From Planctomycetota bacterium (lineage in GTDB: Bacteria > Planctomycetota > B15-G4), in assembly GCA_965248575.1 (NCBI GenBank), contig CBDFJQ010000002.1, forward strand, positions 2,752,001 through 2,816,000: 64,000 bases of DNA, written 5' to 3'. The notes under the pieces were generated by a model. That model did not search any database. It was not told where the DNA came from and saw nothing but the letters and a program-made list of their open reading frames with translations. The stretch's first letter is position 1, and each line of letters starts with the position of its first letter. Shown here piece by piece: positions 18,743 to 29,069 of the stretch. A program made the position numbers and the translations under genes.

Positions 18743-20011
18743 TCAATGGCCGTGAGCAGGCTCAGTTCCACAGCATCGACCTTCAGCGCCATCTGCACCG
18801 GTTGACCCACCAGTACCTGTGCCTCCGCCGGAAGCACCTCCGGCCCCACCCACACCAGCTACTCCTTTGTTGGTGCAGCCGGCCAGAGCGTCGTTTCCAG
18901 AGCCAGCTTGGCCGCCGTCACCGCCCTCCCCGCCGTTGGAGCCGCTGCCGCCTCCATCACCGCCGATTCCCCCAGCGCCGCCGTTACCTCCCGGCCCGCC
19001 GCACGCACCATCCCCGCCTTTTCCACCCTTCGCGCCATCATGCCCATCTGATCCGTCTCCACCATCCCCTCCTACGCCACCACTGCCTCCTGCGGGACCG
19101 AGAGGGGGAAGTCCGCTTGACGGCTTCCCATCACCGCCATCACCGCCGACCGCGTCGTCTCCACCATCTCCACCATCCCCACCATCCCCGCCAGCGCCAC
19201 CCCCTGTACCAGCGGGCCCTCCGTCGCCGCCCTCACCCCCGGGCATCCCGTCCCCACCGTCTCCACCTTCACCACCAGTTCCTCCATTACCACCTCCGCT
19301 GTTTCCACCCCCACCATTGCCTCCGGGCCCTGCCTCGCCTCCGTCCGGGCCACCATCCCCTCCTTCGCCACCCGTACCCCCATCCGAACCTGGCCCCCCT
19401 CCTGCTTCGCCACCCTCACCACCTGACTCACCCTTTCCGTTTCCTGCTCCGTTTCCTCCCGCCCCCCCATTGCCCCCATCGCCATTGTTCGATCCTCCGT
19501 CTCCACCTTTCCCGCCTTTCCCTCCTTTTCCGTCATCATCCTCGTTCGCGTTGCCGCCATCCCCTCCCTTGCCGCCATTGTTCCCAGAACTTCCGTCCCC
19601 ACCGGTGCCTCCATCACCTCCGTTACCATTTCCCTGGCTGTCTCCACCATTCCCACCAGCACCACCCTTCCCATTTGAATTGTCATCCCCGTTGCCGCCG
19701 GTGCCCCCGTTTCCGGTATTTGTCCCGCCCTTACCGCCATCCCCGCCGTTGCCAGTGCCCCCTCCAGCTCCACCGGTACCGCCATTCCCATTATCTCCCG
19801 CATCCCCACCTTTCCCCCCGGCTCCGTTGCCTGGCGGGTATCCCGCACCGCCGCCTCCTCCGTCGCCGTTACCAGGGCAATCCCCTCCTGGATAGCCGTC
19901 AGGATGTGAACTATTACCCCCAGCCCCAGTTGAACCACATTGTGAGATTGCCTCTGAGTAGGCGAACGTCAGGAAAATGGCGACCATTAAGACCACGCAA
20001 GAATTCTTCAC
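18743..20011 (-). CDS. Secreted glycine-rich (Gly-Gly-X) protein with terminal cysteines
   Basis: GTG at 20011 with GGAGG RBS; signal peptide; ~390 aa of GGxGGxG repeats; 6 Cys in the mature chain, all near the ends. Confidence 0.8.
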   Translation of the reverse strand: MKNSCVVLMVAIFLTFAYSEAISQCGSTGAGGNSSHPDGYPGGDCPGNGDGGGGGAGYPPGNGAGGKGGDAGDNGNGGTGGAGGGTGNGGDGGKGGTNTGNGGTGGNGDDNSNGKGGAGGNGGDSQGNGNGGDGGTGGDGSSGNNGGKGGDGGNANEDDDGKGGKGGKGGDGGSNNGDGGNGGAGGNGAGNGKGESGGEGGEAGGGPGSDGGTGGEGGDGGPDGGEAGPGGNGGGGNSGGGNGGTGGEGGDGGDGMPGGEGGDGGPAGTGGGAGGDGGDGGDGGDDAVGGDGGDGKPSSGLPPLGPAGGSGGVGGDGGDGSDGHDGAKGGKGGDGACGGPGGNGGAGGIGGDGGGSGSNGGEGGDGGQAGSGNDALAGCTNKGVAGVGGAGGASGGGTGTGGSTGADGAEGRCCGTEPAHGH

Positions 20012-20015
20012 AAAT

Positions 20016-21638
20016 CTACCCTCCATCTGCGTCTGGAATTATTTCTATGTCAAGTACCTCACCTTCCTCTCCAGAGGGTGGTGAGTCGAATGTATAGGTG
20101 ATCGATCGCTCGGTTAGGGTGTTGCTGGCGACCATCAAAAAATGTTGGCCAAACGGAACTCTCTCCAATTCAAAGAGTTTATCCGAAGCCGAGCATTCAA
20201 CATCCCATACTGCATCCTCAGCCTCACCGCCATTTGAATATTGGATTACTTTCACGTCGAACTTGTCACTCTCATTTTTAAATAACTCGTCAGGTAAGAA
20301 GCATCGAATTCGGCACCCCTTTTCAACCTCGGATACAATGAGCCCGCCCACATCCACGATCATGCGGGTTGGCCACTTGGCCAGGTAAGGTCCAACGGAA
20401 TCCTCTAGATATAGGTTTATCCAGATTCGGCCTTTGGGCATACCGCTGATCTCCCACTCGCCGCCATTCTGAGTCACAAATTCCTTCTTAGCACTCAATC
20501 GCGATGAATGGAATTCCACCAAACTCAGGCTAGTAGACATTGCTCGCAAAGTTACGCGAGCACCATCTACGCCAAGTCCATTTACATCTCTTACTACCCC
20601 GCGAATAGTATCGCCATGGAAAACCGGCACATCCATGACGGTCACACCCCCTGCCTGAACAATCGCAAGCTGGCTCGGTGAATAGTTTTCGGAGCCCGAT
20701 GACCAGTCAACAATTAATCCATACTTACCTGCCGGTAATCGCCACTCTTCAGCGCGGCTCAACCAGGGTCCAACACGACGTGACTTGTCAAAACCAAGAG
20801 CTGGCGTAATGCGAATCTGCTCCACGTCCTTAATGTGTTGCAGTTGATCCAGATTGACGATCAACGTCCCAAATGATGACAACTTGAAGTCAGTAGTCAT
20901 CGACGATTCCACACCTACATCTGCCACCATGGAATCGCGTCCCTCAATAGAGAAGCCTCTCGGAACCTGCTTTACAGAGACTGTCCAGCGGCCTGGAACA
21001 ACCGCCGTCCAAAGCGCTTCTCCATCAGCATCTGTAGCGACCACGCCCTCTCGCACGCTTCCACTTGGGCCGTCACTTTCGATCAACACTCCTTTCACAG
21101 GCCGTTGAAGCTCATCCTTCACCCGCACTAGTATTTGAGAGCTAGCATCCGGGAGGACCAGGGTTTCCGTCGCCATCCCCTCAACAAACACGACTACGCC
21201 TGACGTCGCAGTTCCATAGGAAGGCGTTCCTCCGTCTGCGTTGGCTACAACAACACATGCGTCCGATTCACACCTAATCGTCACCCGCCCCGACACGTCC
21301 GCCTTGTCGTGGAGGTACCAATCCCCAGACTCATCGTAGACATACACAGAGGCGAGCGGCACCACCTCCCCCATTTTCCCGATCACCCTGACGCGAAGGT
21401 AATTCGATTCGCGCGTAGCGGTTGAACTAACGAACAGGTCGCTAGGATTCGAAGTAACTTTGTGTTCAATGTGAGGTAGCGAGACAGACCTCACGGTTTC
21501 CCCTAGAACCTGACCTGGAGGAGACTCATGCCGTGCCGTAGAGAAGAGATCGGCAAGCATAAGAACTGCCGATGTAGCCAATACCAAAACGGCCATCAGC
21601 GTGCCAAGAATCAATCCTTTCTTGCTTACCACCAGCAC
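20016..21638 (-). CDS. Membrane-anchored protein with repeated carboxypeptidase-regulatory-like (CnaB/transthyretin-type) beta domains
   Basis: N-terminal TM helix; repeats such as VRVKDELQRPVKGV...TDADGEA..VPGRWTV and IRGVVRDVNGLGVDGARV. Start may be GTG 21632. Confidence 0.7.
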   Translation of the reverse strand: MLVVSKKGLILGTLMAVLVLATSAVLMLADLFSTARHESPPGQVLGETVRSVSLPHIEHKVTSNPSDLFVSSTATRESNYLRVRVIGKMGEVVPLASVYVYDESGDWYLHDKADVSGRVTIRCESDACVVVANADGGTPSYGTATSGVVVFVEGMATETLVLPDASSQILVRVKDELQRPVKGVLIESDGPSGSVREGVVATDADGEALWTAVVPGRWTVSVKQVPRGFSIEGRDSMVADVGVESSMTTDFKLSSFGTLIVNLDQLQHIKDVEQIRITPALGFDKSRRVGPWLSRAEEWRLPAGKYGLIVDWSSGSENYSPSQLAIVQAGGVTVMDVPVFHGDTIRGVVRDVNGLGVDGARVTLRAMSTSLSLVEFHSSRLSAKKEFVTQNGGEWEISGMPKGRIWINLYLEDSVGPYLAKWPTRMIVDVGGLIVSEVEKGCRIRCFLPDELFKNESDKFDVKVIQYSNGGEAEDAVWDVECSASDKLFELERVPFGQHFLMVASNTLTERSITYTFDSPPSGEEGEVLDIEIIPDADGG

Positions 21639-22532
21639 CTCCAGGATTCTGTCTATGAGCTCAGCTTGATTACGCTGTGACTAGAATCTTCGCAGTGTGA
21701 ACAGTATGCGTATTCCAGGCAGTATTAGATCGATGCTGGCAAGTATCAATTGCCATCGATCATGAGCACCTCTGAGGCTACAGCATTGCAGCCACCCCGC
21801 TGGATTGTCCTACAAGCCGCCCTCCCCTCTCTTCCGCATTATTCTTCCATAATATTCGTTAGGCTATGCACTCTCTTGGCACCACGCGTTCTGAGGGCAT
21901 CCAGCTTCGAGGTCGTTGCCAGCCATCACGCGTGCCACGACGCCCATAATCGAGCAGATTTGACAATCTGGCAAGGCCCGGATGTTCAACTTGCCACCGT
22001 CGGGCACACGAACGCGCTCACGCGCTGAGAGGGTTGCTTGCCCATTCCAATCTCTCCCATTCGGATTCTTTCCATCGATTCAACCAGCCCTCGCGGCAAT
22101 GGTTCAGCGCACTTTCTTGCGCTTCCAGCCACAGCCCAGCACACGAGGACTGCATAGGTCGCATCACTCTTCCGGTGACGCTGATCCTCGGGCGAAAACA
22201 ACAATCCGGCAAGGGGTCGGTTTCGGAGTCTCTTGGAAAAGAGCTGCCCCTCGCATCGATTATCCCCTAACCACACAGAGCTAGAACATCGTTCCCGGAC
22301 CGCGAGAGAGTTACGGACCGAGGGCCATCACGCGAAACTGCCCGTGACTGGCCTCCCCCCCTTACCCGCACAGGGACTGAGCATGCAGCCGCACCCCTAA
22401 GGCGTACCCACTCAGCCGGAACCGACCCCGCCTGTCTCCGTATAGCTGCCGGATCACACACAGCTAGCCTTGAGTTGTCGCCCCACGCGACCTCTGAAAG
22501 CGTCCAGGTGGCCGGCGACGTGGAGGCTCGTC

Positions 22533-23727
22533 ATGAGAAACCGCATCCTTGCCGCAATGGTGTTCTTGTCGGTCGTCGCCGTGAATTTGACACCGGTCCG
22601 GGCCGACACCATCCACGTGCCCTGGCAGTTCGCCAACCTGCAGGACGCCATCAACTTCGCGGATCCCGGAGACGTCATCCTTGTGGATGGTGGGACGCAC
22701 GGGCCTATCGTCGTGGACCGTCCGCTGACGATCGTGGGGGGTCGCTACGCACAGGCCGTTCCTGCGGGCGCCGTTCCCCGGTGAGAGCGGAGATGCCTCC
22801 ATCCAACTCGCGGGGCCCGGCGCGGGCGTGCTCACGCTCTCGTCGCTCCGGGTCGGCGGGACCATCGACGGGACCTTCTTCGGTCAGGCCCATTCCGCAA
22901 TCCGTGGAACGGGCTTCGACGAGGTCCGCATCACTCACTGCCGTATCGATGCCCCCGAGTGGATCATGCCCACGGGCATCGGTGACGGTGGCACGGCCAT
23001 CTCTGTCGACGTTTCGCTGCTCGTTGTTCAGGACAGCGGCGTGTTCGGTGGTTCCGGAACCGACGATGGTTCCGGGCTGTCCGTGTTCGACATTCCCAAG
23101 GCGGGTCATGGCATCGTCACCACGGGCAACGTGGTGATTCAGGAATCCGAGGTCATCGGTGGGATCGGCTACTCGCAGGTGGCCTTCGACCCGCTGCTTT
23201 GCCCGCTCCCGTGCGGCCTGTTCAGTGGAGGTCAAGGGGGCACAGGGATCCGAGCCCAGGTCGCGTGGTTGGGCACGAGCGTGTTTACGGGCGCGGACGC
23301 AGCTGCAGGCGGGGCGGGGGGCGTACTCAGCTGCCCGACGTCGCCGATCCAGTGCGTCTTCGCAGACGGTGAAGCACTCGACGTGCAGACCCGGATCGAC
23401 CTGCCGACAACACTCGGGACGAGCGGTTCTCTCTGGCTGGGCGGGTATTTCTGGGAACTCTACTACGCCATCGAACCCATGACCCCGGCCTACCTGGCGT
23501 TGTCGCTCTTCCCGGTACCACCGACGCCCATTGCGGAAGGCACCTTCTTCATGAACCCCCTCAACTTCCACCTGCGCATCCTTCCCGCGTCGGCCACTGG
23601 GGCGGACTACGTCGTGTTCACCACTCCCTACGACCCGGCCTTCATGGGGCTCACCGTGGTCTTGCAGACCTGGCAACCTGGCGTCGGACTCTCGTCGCCA
23701 CTGATGGCAACCGTCACGGAGTTCTGA
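22533..23727 (+). pseudogene. Secreted parallel-beta-helix-like protein split by a +1 frameshift in a G6 run (22736-22741)
   Basis: GGAGG RBS then MRNRILAAMV...DTIHVPWQFANLQDAINFADPGDVILV. Removing one G gives ...LTIVGVATHRPFLRAPFPGESGDASIQLAGPGAGVLTL, in frame with ORF 22828..23727 (397 aa in total). Confidence 0.75.
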
Positions 23728-23800
23728 TTCTCTGATCAGCGAGCGTCAAGGACACCTCAAACCTGCACGGCACCACCCTCTCGAACGGGATGCTCGCCTC

Positions 23801-23815
23801 GACACCCTGAGAGGG
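23801..23815. repeat. Right copy of the 15-bp inverted repeat
   Basis: GACACCCTGAGAGGG; reverse complement of 18045-18059. Confidence 0.6.
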
Positions 23816-23879
23816 GTGTGGGCTCATGCCCTGGCCTCATCGTCGAGACACCACCAGGGGCGCGACAACTAGGGGCAGG

Positions 23880-25793
23880 TCAGCCTCGTGGCGCCCGCAC
23901 GAGAGCAATCAGCAACGCGCAGGACATCACGAGCGAAGCGAGAGTGAATCGAAAGCGACGGATCCATCCGAGGACGTCAAACGGAGGGAGTTCGAGGCCG
24001 AAGGCTGCATGCAGCCGGGCGCGCGTGGCTGCTGCGAGATGCGCATTGGCACGGCTCAAGTCGTTCCCTGTCCAGCGAGCGGCCGCGGCCAGATAAGCGT
24101 CAAGCGCATCGATGTCGAGACCGCCATCGGTTCCGGCCATCGCGAGTACGCGAACGGCGTCACTGGTTGAATCCAAGTCCGTGCGGCGCCGTTCGCCATT
24201 GTCGCGCTCAAGGACCATCGTAAAACCGGCCGTGCCGTCGGGAAGGCGGATCCACCACCCCTCCAGATTGCGGGCCAGATCGGACCATACAGCAGCAGCA
24301 CGCTCCGTCTCGCCCAGTTCACCCAGTACTTGCGCGCACAAGGCTAGGCGTGTGATCGACGACATGTACCACTTTTCACCGGGCACCGCGGATCGCTCGA
24401 GGAGTTCAGCGAGACGGGCGCGCTCATCACCTACCAACGAATGCTCTCCCTCGACGAACCGCAGCGTGATGGCATCGTTGGCGCTGAACCCCGATTCCTT
24501 TTCAAGCAGGTGCTGACGATGCCAGGCAATCCTCTCGGCGTCGGGTCGATCCCTGGGGACGGTGATCATGGCGAGCCACGCGTCACGCATCCCGTCGGTC
24601 ATCAGGCCAAGCTTGAACATCCCCGCGAAGCATCCGGTGTGCATGCGATGCAGCGCTCGCTTGGAGCCTCCAGGCACGCTGACATCTATGGGCTCAAGCC
24701 CGCGCTCGAAGCTCTTCATGACGGCCTGCTCCAAACGCGCGGTGTTGACCTCGTATCCAGAGGCCCGCAGGTGAGCGACGGTGTCGGCCATCCCTTCGAA
24801 GTCGAGGGGGCGCAGATTCTCGTGATCCCCCTGCTCAACCCACGCCACCACGTCCTCAGGGGTGACCAATGTAAGTGTCTTCCAGGAATAAGCTCCGCGA
24901 ATCATGAGGATGGAGAGCAGCGCGATCTGCAACGCGAAACTCCACCGGTGGATTCGGCGCGCCCGTACATCGCGGCTGTGAGCGATCCAACCAGCAAGGG
25001 GCATGACGACCCAGAAGATCATCATGCATATCATGACGTTTTCACGCGGGGGCAGCGCACGATTCGCGACGAACAGCTGACTCGGCTCCGCCGCACGAAC
25101 CACAACCGCCAGCGTCGGCATCAGGAATGCCAGAGGTATGGCGACAACCAACGTCACCTGCGCGACGTGGCGGCGCGTAAGACAGCGCAGTCGGACCACT
25201 CGCTGGAGAGCGAGAACCAGGCTGACGGACGACAGCGTGAAGAGCAGCAAGACCACGTCCATCGTGCGCTCGTGATTCGCCGACAAGGCGAGCAGGAACA
25301 CGACGGGCAGCGCCACGGCCCAGGCTACGATCCAGATCAGATTGCCGCGTAACCACTTGAGTGCCTCGACCGACGAGAAGATGTGAGACTCGTCGGTCGG
25401 ACCCCGCTGCGGCAGCCCGCCGATTGACCCACGAATGGCGGACCAGAGTGCCATCCCGATCATCACCAGGATCACGGATGGAAACGCCAGGGTGCTCAGT
25501 GCACCCCAAGCGACTCCACCCGCCGCGCCCGTGGCGCTGACAGCCGTGGCCCCGCCAACCTTCAGCAGTCCTTTGGGCAAGAGCCCGGCCGGCACCAAAG
25601 ATGCGGCCTTCATCAGGACATCCCAGGGAGACATCTCCGGATTTTCTTGGCCGCGCGTCGTCCGCCGTTTGAGGTCACTCGGATCCCCCTTGGAGTCACG
25701 GTACGGCTCAAAGGCGGCGAACAGCTCAGCGGTGAGCTCGGCCTCGTCTTGCTCGACATCGAGAGGGTCGATCAGCTTCGGTGTGTGAGTCAT
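23880..25793 (-). CDS. Polytopic membrane protein, putative anti-sigma/sensor partner of the adjacent ECF sigma factor
   Basis: ATGA overlap with the sigma gene; acidic N-terminus, about 6-7 TM helices, helical soluble domain, C-terminal TM helix. Confidence 0.65.
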   Translation of the reverse strand: MTHTPKLIDPLDVEQDEAELTAELFAAFEPYRDSKGDPSDLKRRTTRGQENPEMSPWDVLMKAASLVPAGLLPKGLLKVGGATAVSATGAAGGVAWGALSTLAFPSVILVMIGMALWSAIRGSIGGLPQRGPTDESHIFSSVEALKWLRGNLIWIVAWAVALPVVFLLALSANHERTMDVVLLLFTLSSVSLVLALQRVVRLRCLTRRHVAQVTLVVAIPLAFLMPTLAVVVRAAEPSQLFVANRALPPRENVMICMMIFWVVMPLAGWIAHSRDVRARRIHRWSFALQIALLSILMIRGAYSWKTLTLVTPEDVVAWVEQGDHENLRPLDFEGMADTVAHLRASGYEVNTARLEQAVMKSFERGLEPIDVSVPGGSKRALHRMHTGCFAGMFKLGLMTDGMRDAWLAMITVPRDRPDAERIAWHRQHLLEKESGFSANDAITLRFVEGEHSLVGDERARLAELLERSAVPGEKWYMSSITRLALCAQVLGELGETERAAAVWSDLARNLEGWWIRLPDGTAGFTMVLERDNGERRRTDLDSTSDAVRVLAMAGTDGGLDIDALDAYLAAAARWTGNDLSRANAHLAAATRARLHAAFGLELPPFDVLGWIRRFRFTLASLVMSCALLIALVRAPRG

Positions 25794-26344
25794 CGGGATG
25801 CCTCCCCATCGGGGGCCGACGTCGCGGCCAGCAGGTTGGCCTCGAGTCGGGTCTTCAATTCGATTCGGGCACGGCGTAGTCGCCCTTCGACCGCGCGCAC
25901 TCCGAGCCCCAGCAACGCGGCGATCTCCTCCAGCGAAGCGCCCTCCACGTAGCGCATGACAAGCACCGTTCGCCAGTCTTCACGCAAGCCAGCGATGGCG
26001 CGGCGCAGGAGGGCAGCCTGTGGATGCTCGTCGGGTTCAGCCGGCATGGCGAGGGCGTCGTCCGGGAGCGCGTCGAGGGACGCGAGCCGCCGCAGTGACC
26101 CCCGCGAACCGCTGCGCCGCAGCGTCGCGCGGTGCACATTGCGCGCGATGCCGCGAATCCAGGCACCGACTGCGGCGACATCGTCCCACCTGCCCTCGAA
26201 TCGCTCGCGCGACAGATAGGCCTCGACAAGTGAATCGTGGGCAACCTCCCGGGCCTCCTGGGGCCCCCTGCCCCAGGCGGCGAGCAGCCCGACCAGCGGC
26301 CCCCGAAAGCGCTCGATCACTTCTATGACGTCCATAGGAGCCAT
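25790..26344 (-). CDS. ECF RNA polymerase sigma factor
   Basis: Region 2 (AREVAHDSLVEAY...WIRGIARN) and region 4 HTH (LEEIAALLGLGVRAVEGRLRRAR). Confidence 0.9.
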   Translation of the reverse strand: MAPMDVIEVIERFRGPLVGLLAAWGRGPQEAREVAHDSLVEAYLSRERFEGRWDDVAAVGAWIRGIARNVHRATLRRSGSRGSLRRLASLDALPDDALAMPAEPDEHPQAALLRRAIAGLREDWRTVLVMRYVEGASLEEIAALLGLGVRAVEGRLRRARIELKTRLEANLLAATSAPDGEASR

Positions 26345-26470
26345 TGTCAGGAGCGACCCGTTACCCCACGTCGATTTCGAGAATTCATGCTGATCACCCG
26401 CCGGACGCTGTCCGGAAGTGAAGGGCTGCCCGTGGCTTCATCGCACACGCAGTGCTCCGCAAGCAGTGAC

Positions 26471-27754
26471 CTACGGGCTAGGCGGCACGAAGTTCAGCTG
26501 TTTCGCCTTGGTGGTCTTCAGGCCGGCCACGTTGGCCATGACCACCAGCGTGTCGTCGATAGCCTTCTGGGTGGGCTTGGCCAGCTTGCTTGGGACCTTG
26601 GCCTTTCCCTTCATGAGCGTCTTGATCAGCTTCTCGGCGCCCTTGATGGCTCGCTTGATGATCTTGTTCGCAGTCTTGCCTTGGGTGGAGTCGTCGAGCG
26701 TTCCCGCGCCCATCGCATCCAAAAGATCGGACTGCACCACCACCAGCGTGTCGCGGGCTGCTTCGAGTTCATCCTCGGCCAGGTCCACGTTTGGCGCCTC
26801 CTGTGTGAGCGCGTCTCGAGCCTCGCCCAGGTCGATCAGCGCGCCGGCCAAGTCCACGAACAGATCGGACTCGAGGTCGGGGCCGGGTGCGACATTGCCG
26901 AGTGAGAAGTAGTCGAAGTAGAACCGGCCCTTTTTGAGCATCGCCCGCGCACCGAACTCCAGCGTGAAGGGCTTGACCGGAACCAGGATGTCCTGGCTCG
27001 AGATGACCGTCCAGTCGTTCCCGAGCGAATCGGTTGCTGGGACACCGGGTGGGGTGGAGCGAGCCATGGTGATGAGCTGCGTGTCGGTCTGTTGGATGCG
27101 CAGGTCGACCTCAGCGGTGCCCGCGAACATCTGCGCAACGTCGACGGCAACGTTGTTCTTCTCGAAGGTCTGCAGCTCCAGCCCTAGGTAGTTGCCACCA
27201 CCGTCTTCCATATAGGTCGCGCGCAACGACGTGAACTGGCCACCGAACTGCGAGAGCGGACGGTTCATCTGCAAGTGTGCGTAGGACTCGCCGCTCGACA
27301 GTCCCTTGCGATCGTCGATCGCCGCAGTCAGCCGAACGTCAAACGTCCCCACGGCCTGGCGCGGAAACTCGCTTGCCCCCCCGCCGAAATCCTGAGACGC
27401 CGAGACCATCATGCGCTTGTCCTTGAGCGGCTTGGTCGGGAAGGTCAGCGCCGTACTCATTGACTTCTGCAGCTCACCCTTGTAGGCAGCGACGCCCATC
27501 TTGCCGCCTTTCTTGCTCTTGCCTTTCACACTGACCTGGTCGCCCACGAAGAACTTGACGAAGCTCTTGCTCAGCTCACCCCTGGTGGGGACGTCGAAGA
27601 TGTAGGCGTAGAAACTCCCGAACTGCTCCTGAGCTGCATAGATAGCCGCGCCGAGTTCAGCGGTGCAGGCTGATTTGCGCCCTTCTCTGCCCCCGGCCGC
27701 GAGCGTCAGGACGCAGAGGGTGCAGATCAGCAGGGCTCGTGCGGCGCGGCGCAT
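26471..27754 (-). CDS. Hypothetical exported protein, tandem paralog A (427 aa)
   Basis: Signal peptide MRRAARALLICTLCVLTLAAG; beta-rich core; Lys-rich helical C-terminus. Confidence 0.8.
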   Translation of the reverse strand: MRRAARALLICTLCVLTLAAGGREGRKSACTAELGAAIYAAQEQFGSFYAYIFDVPTRGELSKSFVKFFVGDQVSVKGKSKKGGKMGVAAYKGELQKSMSTALTFPTKPLKDKRMMVSASQDFGGGASEFPRQAVGTFDVRLTAAIDDRKGLSSGESYAHLQMNRPLSQFGGQFTSLRATYMEDGGGNYLGLELQTFEKNNVAVDVAQMFAGTAEVDLRIQQTDTQLITMARSTPPGVPATDSLGNDWTVISSQDILVPVKPFTLEFGARAMLKKGRFYFDYFSLGNVAPGPDLESDLFVDLAGALIDLGEARDALTQEAPNVDLAEDELEAARDTLVVVQSDLLDAMGAGTLDDSTQGKTANKIIKRAIKGAEKLIKTLMKGKAKVPSKLAKPTQKAIDDTLVVMANVAGLKTTKAKQLNFVPPSP

Positions 27755-27785
27755 GACATGTCTCCGAGGGCTGGCGCGCCGCGAC

Positions 27786-29069
27786 CTATGGGCTAGGCGG
27801 CACGAAGTTCAGCTGCTTCGCTTTAGTGGTCTTCAGTCCAGCCACGTTGGCCATGACCGCCAAGGTGTCGTCGATGGCCTTCTGGGTGGGCTTGGCCAGC
27901 TTGGTCGGGTCCTTGGCCTTGCCCTTCATGAGCGTCTTGATCAGCTTCTCGGCGCCCTTGATGGCTCGCTTGATGACCTTGTTCGCGGTCTTGCCCTGGG
28001 TGGAGTCGTCGAGCGTTCCCTCACCCATCGCCTCCACGAGATCGGACTGCACATCCATCAGGGTATCCCGCGCTTCTTCGAGCTCGCCCTCCGCAAGATC
28101 CACGTTGGGCGCCTCCTGGGTGAGCGCATCCCGGGCCTCGCCCAAATCGATCAGGGCGACCGCCAGGTCCTCGAAGAGCCCGGTCTCCAGGTCAGGGCCC
28201 AGCGCAATGTTGCCCAGGGAGAAGTAGTCGAAGAACATGCGGCCCTTCTTGAGCATCGACCGCGCACCGAACTGCAACGTGAAGGGCTTGGCCGGTACCG
28301 GGATAGCCTGGCTCGAGATGACCGTCCAGTCGGTCCCGAGCGAGTCGGTTGCCGGAACACCGGGTGGCGTGGCGCGAGCCATGGTGATGAGCTGCGTGTC
28401 TGTCTGCTGGATGCGCAGGTCGACCTCGGCCGTGCCCGCGATCATCTGCGCCACGTCGACGGCCACGTTGTTCTTCTCGAAGGTCTGCAGCTCGAAACCG
28501 AGGAAGACACCGTTACCGTCCTCCATGTACGTCGCGCGCAAGGACGTGAACTCACCACCGAACTGCGAGAGCGGGCGATTCATCTGCAGGAGTGCGTAGG
28601 ATTCGCCGCTCGACATCCCCTTCTGTTCGTTGATGGCGGCGGTCAAGCGAACGTCAAACGTCCCCATGGCCTGGCGCGGAAACTCGGTCGTCCCTCCACC
28701 GAAGTCGTGAAACGCCGAGACCACAATGCGTTTGTCCTTGAGCGGCTTGGTCGGGAAGGTCAGCGACGTTTCTATCGCGTGCTGAAGGATACTCTTATAG
28801 GCAGCGAGGCCCATCTTGCCGGCCTTCTTGCTCTTGCCTTTCACGCTGACCTGATCGCCCTCGAACAAACTCAGCATGTACCCGCTCAGGGGACCCTTGC
28901 CAGCGATGTTGAAGATGTAGGCGAAGAACAGACCGAACTCCCCTTGCTCTCCGTAGATCGCTTGAGCGAGTTCGGCGGAGCAGGTTGGGTTGAGCCCTTC
29001 CTTGCCCCCGGCCGCGAGCATGAAGACGCAGAGGGTGCAAATGACCAGGGTTCGTGCGGCGCGGCGCAT
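27786..29069 (-). CDS. Hypothetical exported protein, tandem paralog B (427 aa)
   Basis: Same length as, and colinear with, paralog A; both end KTTKAKQLNFVPPSP; RBS region is duplicated too. Confidence 0.8.
   Translation of the reverse strand: MRRAARTLVICTLCVFMLAAGGKEGLNPTCSAELAQAIYGEQGEFGLFFAYIFNIAGKGPLSGYMLSLFEGDQVSVKGKSKKAGKMGLAAYKSILQHAIETSLTFPTKPLKDKRIVVSAFHDFGGGTTEFPRQAMGTFDVRLTAAINEQKGMSSGESYALLQMNRPLSQFGGEFTSLRATYMEDGNGVFLGFELQTFEKNNVAVDVAQMIAGTAEVDLRIQQTDTQLITMARATPPGVPATDSLGTDWTVISSQAIPVPAKPFTLQFGARSMLKKGRMFFDYFSLGNIALGPDLETGLFEDLAVALIDLGEARDALTQEAPNVDLAEGELEEARDTLMDVQSDLVEAMGEGTLDDSTQGKTANKVIKRAIKGAEKLIKTLMKGKAKDPTKLAKPTQKAIDDTLAVMANVAGLKTTKAKQLNFVPPSP

Noticed and set aside
18743..20011. 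Calling the Gly-rich protein PE-PGRS or collagen-like
   Set aside because: No PE domain, and the pattern is GGX with frequent breaks, not continuous Gly-X-Y.
18802..20097. Pro-rich (18819..19895) and His/Arg-rich (18802..20097) plus-strand ORFs
   Set aside because: Mirror images of GGN codons in the Gly-rich gene, which has the RBS, signal peptide and operon context.
21650..22500. Short ORFs or an RNA gene in the lower-GC intergenic stretch
   Set aside because: No convincing RBS, protein motif, tRNA cloverleaf or known ncRNA pattern recognised; a covariance-model search would be needed.
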